Source: Patescibacteria group bacterium UBA2105 (GTDB lineage: Bacteria; Patescibacteriota; Minisyncoccia; Phycocordibacterales; UBA2100). Taken from it: a stretch of DNA of 49,620 nucleotides. The stretch covers positions 1-49,620 of the forward strand of contig DCYR01000006.1 in the NCBI GenBank assembly GCA_002331495.1. Direction: 5' to 3'. Below are positions 46,106 to 49,620 of the stretch, in pieces. Below the pieces are notes generated by a model, which was not told where the DNA came from, made no database searches, and was given only the letters and a program-made list of their open reading frames with translations. Positions within the stretch are counted from its first letter, which is position 1, and every line of letters begins with the position of its first letter. A program made the position numbers and the translations under genes.

Positions 46106-46600
46106 ATGGCAAAAACAAAAGAGCAAAAGAAAGCAATTCTTGAGCGCCTCGATATGGCAGTAAAAACGTCGCCTTCGACGGTCTTTGTACACTTCAAGGG
46201 TCTTCCGGTAGGTGAGGAAACCGCACTTCGTGGTGGTCTTCGCGAGGAAGGTGTCTCATACTTTGTTGCCCGCAAAACTCTCATGAAGCGTGCCTTGGAT
46301 AGCGCCGGTATTGAGGGAGACCAGCCAGAACTCGAAGGAGAGATGGCGGTGGCGTATGGGTCGGACGACCCAACGGCACCTGCGCGCAACGTACACACCT
46401 TTGTAAAGAAGTATGGGGACAAGCTTGCGATTGTTGGTGGAGTCTTTGAAGGTCGCTTCATGGATGCAACAGAGATGAACGAAGTAGCAACCATCCCACC
46501 GGTAGATACACTCCGTGGCATGTTTGCAAACGTCATTAACTCACCAATCCAGGGGCTTGTGATCGCGCTTAATAGCATTGCTGAGAAGAAGGAAGCTTAA
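46106..46600 (+). CDS. rplJ: 50S ribosomal protein L10
   Basis: FKGLPV, YFVARKTLMKRAL and GGVFEG motifs; upstream of rplL. Confidence 0.96.
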   Translation: MAKTKEQKKAILERLDMAVKTSPSTVFVHFKGLPVGEETALRGGLREEGVSYFVARKTLMKRALDSAGIEGDQPELEGEMAVAYGSDDPTAPARNVHTFVKKYGDKLAIVGGVFEGRFMDATEMNEVATIPPVDTLRGMFANVINSPIQGLVIALNSIAEKKEA

Positions 46601-46621
46601 TAGATAACTAATACATGCAAC

Positions 46622-47128
46622 ATGACTGACGAAGAGAAAAAGGACGAAGCAGCTGCTACTGAAGGTGCTGCTGAAGAAACGAAGGAGGAGGCGCCAGCTG
46701 AAGAAGCTGCTCCCGCTGAAGAAGTGCCAGCTGCCGACGAGGCAGAGGAGGTAGAAGTACCAGATGAGTACAAAGACCTCATCGAGAAGATCGAAAAGAT
46801 GACCGTTCTCGAGCTTCACGGACTCGTAAAAGTTCTTGAGAAGAAGTTCGGAGTATCAGCTGCCGCCGTTGCGGTAGCAGGAGGTGCTGCTGGTGGTGAC
46901 GCCGGCGCAGAAGAGAAGAGCGACTACGTCGTTCACCTCTCGGCTGTTGGTGACTCAAAGATCGGAGTTATCAAGGCGGTGAAGGAAGTTCTCGGCCTTG
47001 GGCTTAAGGAAGCAAAGGATCTCGTTGAGAGCGCTCCAGCGGACCTTAAGAGTGGTGTGAAGCCAGCTGAAGCTGAAGAGATGAAGGTTAAGCTCACAGA
47101 GGCTGGTGCCACTGTAGAGTTGAAGTAG
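46622..47128 (+). CDS. rplL: 50S ribosomal protein L7/L12 with acidic N-terminal extension
   Basis: [36 protein letters not shown] and AGATVELK motifs. Confidence 0.98.
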   Translation: MTDEEKKDEAAATEGAAEETKEEAPAEEAAPAEEVPAADEAEEVEVPDEYKDLIEKIEKMTVLELHGLVKVLEKKFGVSAAAVAVAGGAAGGDAGAEEKSDYVVHLSAVGDSKIGVIKAVKEVLGLGLKEAKDLVESAPADLKSGVKPAEAEEMKVKLTEAGATVELK

Positions 47129-47261
47129 TAAAGCTTCTCATTCGGCGTTCTACTTTGCTGCGCTGTGGAAATCAGCACTCAACGTATGCTTATGCAGCTC
47201 GAGCAAATTTTCTTGCTCGCGCTGCATCTCGTCCAAATAGCAAGCTTTCAGACAGAGCATA

Positions 47262-47300
47262 AAGGCAAAACCTTCCAATTTAATTGGAAGGTTTTGCCTT
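47262..47300. repeat. Variant of the TrpR-flanking palindrome (19-bp arms, 1-nt centre)
   Basis: AAGGCAAAACCTTCCAATT-T-AATTGGAAGGTTTTGCCTT. Confidence 0.85.
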
Positions 47301-47369
47301 ATACGACGGGGCTATGTATCAAAGAACCCACGGTTTTTGTGTCAGAGGTGACTATGGTAAGATTCTTGC

Positions 47370-48029
47370 ATGAATGAAGTGTTGAGCGCGCTGTTTGGCA
47401 GTTCGGCGCGCGTGAAAATACTACGGCTTTTCCTCTCTAATCTCGACGCGTGCTATACAGCGGCAGAGGTCTCGAAGCAGTCTAAGGTGCATTCGCAAAC
47501 GACACGCAAGGAACTCAATCTTCTTGCAAAAATCGGGCTCATAAAAAAACAACAGTGCAGTCGTCTCGTGAGCACTGGCAGGGGGAAGAACAAGAAGGAG
47601 GTCGCGAAGAAACTCTCAGGATTTTCAGTAGACCGTGGATTCAGTGATCTTCTCGCACTACGTAATTTTATACTCAACATTGCCCCTACAGACGATCGAG
47701 GAGTAGCAAAAAAATTAAATACGGCAGGGAAAGTGAAACTGCTAGCCATCTCGGGAGTATTCATACAGGATCCCGACAGCCGTATCGACATCTTAGTTGT
47801 GGGGGATTCGATGAAAGATTCGTTGCTCAGATCAGCAATACGTGATCTGGAAGCGCACATGGGACGCGAATTACGCTACGCCGCATTTTCTACCGAAGAT
47901 TTCATATATCGACTTGGTGTGTATGATCGACTCATTCGCGACGTACTTGACTACCCACATCAAATTATTATCGATAAACTCAACCCAAACTGGAAAGACG
48001 TGCACATGAGAAAGAAGCAGAAAAGCTAG
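47370..48029 (+). CDS. wHTH plus nucleotidyltransferase-like fold protein
   Basis: LFGSSARVKILRLF N-terminal HTH; SGVF...SRIDILVVGD NTase-like motif. Confidence 0.8.
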   Translation: MNEVLSALFGSSARVKILRLFLSNLDACYTAAEVSKQSKVHSQTTRKELNLLAKIGLIKKQQCSRLVSTGRGKNKKEVAKKLSGFSVDRGFSDLLALRNFILNIAPTDDRGVAKKLNTAGKVKLLAISGVFIQDPDSRIDILVVGDSMKDSLLRSAIRDLEAHMGRELRYAAFSTEDFIYRLGVYDRLIRDVLDYPHQIIIDKLNPNWKDVHMRKKQKS

Positions 48030-48221
48030 GATAAATTACTCCACAGTTGGTTAACGAAGAGCACTTGCGCGGTGGTATCATTACCATAGGTCGTAAAAAC
48101 ACTATAATCACAAACGAGAAGAGTGCGAGAGTTTACTATCATACTCTTCGAGTGCCGTGGTTACATACCATTAGGTATATTATTAAGTTTCAAATATAAC
48201 GCCTAGGCAACAAATAACGTT

Positions 48222-48911
48222 ATGTTGATTCAATCTTGGGCTGCTGCCATTCAGCAGTCATTCCAGGAAGTTTGGTTGAACTTCGTAATATTCGTTCCGA
48301 ATATAGTAGTAGCGATTGTTATCTTTGTCATCGGCTGGATCGTGGGAGTCATATTGGGCCGCATCGTCGCGCAGATCGTCGACGCGCTCAAGGTAGACAA
48401 CGCGCTACGTTCCGCCGGTTTTGAAGAAGCAGTCAACCGTGGAGGTTTTCGCATGAGTTCCGGTGGGTTACTCGGCGGACTCGTGAAATGGTTCATCATC
48501 ATAGTATTCTTGATGGCCTCAGTTGAGGTTCTTGGCTTACAACAAGTAAGCGTCTTCCTTCAAGAGGTTGTACTCCTCTATCTGCCGCAGGTAATCGTGG
48601 CAGTATTGATACTCTTGATTGCAGCAGTGCTTGCTGAATTCGTAAAGAACCTTGTCGCTGGAGCAGCTCGCGCTGCTGATATGCGAAGCGCTCACTTCCT
48701 TGGAAGTGTCGCCAAGTGGGCAATCTGGGTATTTGCGTTTCTTGCAGCACTCGCTCAGTTGGGTGTAGCAGCAGCATTTGTACAGACTTTGTTTGCTGGA
48801 GTTGTAGTCGCGCTTTCACTCGGATTCGGACTTGCGTTCGGTCTTGGTGGTCAAGACGCAGCTGCAAAGTACCTCGAACACCTACGTGGAGAAATGAGTC
48901 ACAAGAAGTAG
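48222..48911 (+). CDS. TM-helix repeat protein (MscS N-terminal/CmpX-like)
   Basis: Repeated PNIVVAIVI and PQVIVAVLI helices; GLAFGLGG. Confidence 0.88.
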   Translation: MLIQSWAAAIQQSFQEVWLNFVIFVPNIVVAIVIFVIGWIVGVILGRIVAQIVDALKVDNALRSAGFEEAVNRGGFRMSSGGLLGGLVKWFIIIVFLMASVEVLGLQQVSVFLQEVVLLYLPQVIVAVLILLIAAVLAEFVKNLVAGAARAADMRSAHFLGSVAKWAIWVFAFLAALAQLGVAAAFVQTLFAGVVVALSLGFGLAFGLGGQDAAAKYLEHLRGEMSHKK

Positions 48912-48930
48912 TCTTCTACTACTTCCATTT

Positions 48931-48961
48931 GCAAAACACCCGCTTATTGCGGGTGTTTTGC
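48931..48961. terminator. Intrinsic terminator
   Basis: GCAAAACACCCGC-TTATT-GCGGGTGTTTTGC. Confidence 0.85.
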
Positions 48962-49052
48962 TTTCTTGTGTTTTAACTAGCGAGCGTGTAGAAATACAGG
49001 CGGACTATACATGTAATTTATTGACAACAGCCCGCTTTTTTATCAAAATCCG

Positions 49053-49207
49053 TTGACTTTTCTACACTCTTTGCCTATAATTGCGCCCACGTATATGAGT
49101 AGTGTTATTAGCCAAAAAGCGAGCCGTTAAGGTGTCTTTTTCATTAGAGCACCTGAAGGCCGCCTGAGCGGTCTTTTTCATTGCCCTATACGAAAGAACT
49201 TTGAAAA
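49053..49207 (+). promoter_or_regulatory. rRNA-type promoter and boxA-like element
   Basis: TTGACT-17 nt-TATAAT (49053-49081) with GC-rich discriminator; AACTTTGAAAA at 49197-49207. Confidence 0.7.
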
Positions 49208-49586
49208 TTACATAGCATTGAAATCGACATGCAGATAGCATGCTCTCTTTTGATTTTAGTGGTCTAGCCGACCACGGTCTTTCCGTAGGGAGTATGCATT
49301 GCAAAAATTAGAAACTACACTTCACAACGAGCCTCACCGGGCACGTTGGTAGTTTCCGCCATCTTTATTCTGAAGATGGTGTAAGGACACAAACACAAAG
49401 CGGTTAGTGGACTCCATAAGCTTGTTTTTAAACCTGCTTCCTTGGCTAGGTTTTCGGATTTTGTGCGGGACGCCGTCAAAAATTATGAAGCATATCTTTA
49501 GATATGTTGAAAAATTTTTGACAAGTATCCGTGCATAATACGGAAATCGCAGCCGGAATTGAGGTTTTAAAACAAGCTTTATAACA

Positions 49587-49620
49587 GGAAGTTCCATTAA
49601 GGGCGCATGGTGGATGCCTT
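49587..49620 (+). rRNA. rrl: 5' end of 23S rRNA (truncated by the window edge; start approximate)
   Basis: TAAGGGCGCATGGTGGATGCCTT matches the conserved 5' segment of bacterial 23S rRNA. Confidence 0.85.

Noticed and set aside
1-49620. Alternative genetic code (TGA=Gly), prophage, integrase, transposase or retroelement genes
   Set aside because: Conserved genes are intact under code 11 and several end in TGA; no such gene motifs were found

Overview
A gene-dense, mostly + strand chromosomal window from a reduced-genome bacterium, most likely Patescibacteria/CPR (Parcubacteria-like). This placement is inferred from gene content: alpha2-type GlyRS, type-2 IleRS, a non-canonical EF-P tip, rplK without rplA, acidic extensions on ribosomal proteins and many apparently leaderless genes. 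TGA acts as stop (code 11). Housekeeping content: three tRNAs (Val, Leu, His), four aminoacyl-tRNA synthetases, ribosomal proteins, secE-nusG-rplK, rplJ-rplL with an L10 leader, recA/recO/ssb/ftsK, a compact thymidylate cluster, an ArsR-led thiol-redox operon, an 1149-aa S-layer-like protein, and the first bases of a 23S rRNA with no 16S upstream. Most unusual signals: (1) about 15 copies of a TAA(A/C)GGACA motif over the promoter and inside the coding sequence of an uncharacterised wHTH gene divergent from ftsK; (2) a TrpR/YerC-like gene bracketed by identical perfect 24-bp palindromes, lying between two paralogous membrane-anchored genes next to a secreted PLC/P1-nuclease-like protein, with a third symmetric variant of the palindrome 5 kb away; (3) about 700 nt of structured non-coding sequence upstream of the S-layer-like gene; (4) a dispersed ~80-bp inverted-repeat element whose end supplies a -10 box to the downstream gene; (5) an HNH gene that ends inside tRNA-His. 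All calls were made by eye, with no database search or folding software.
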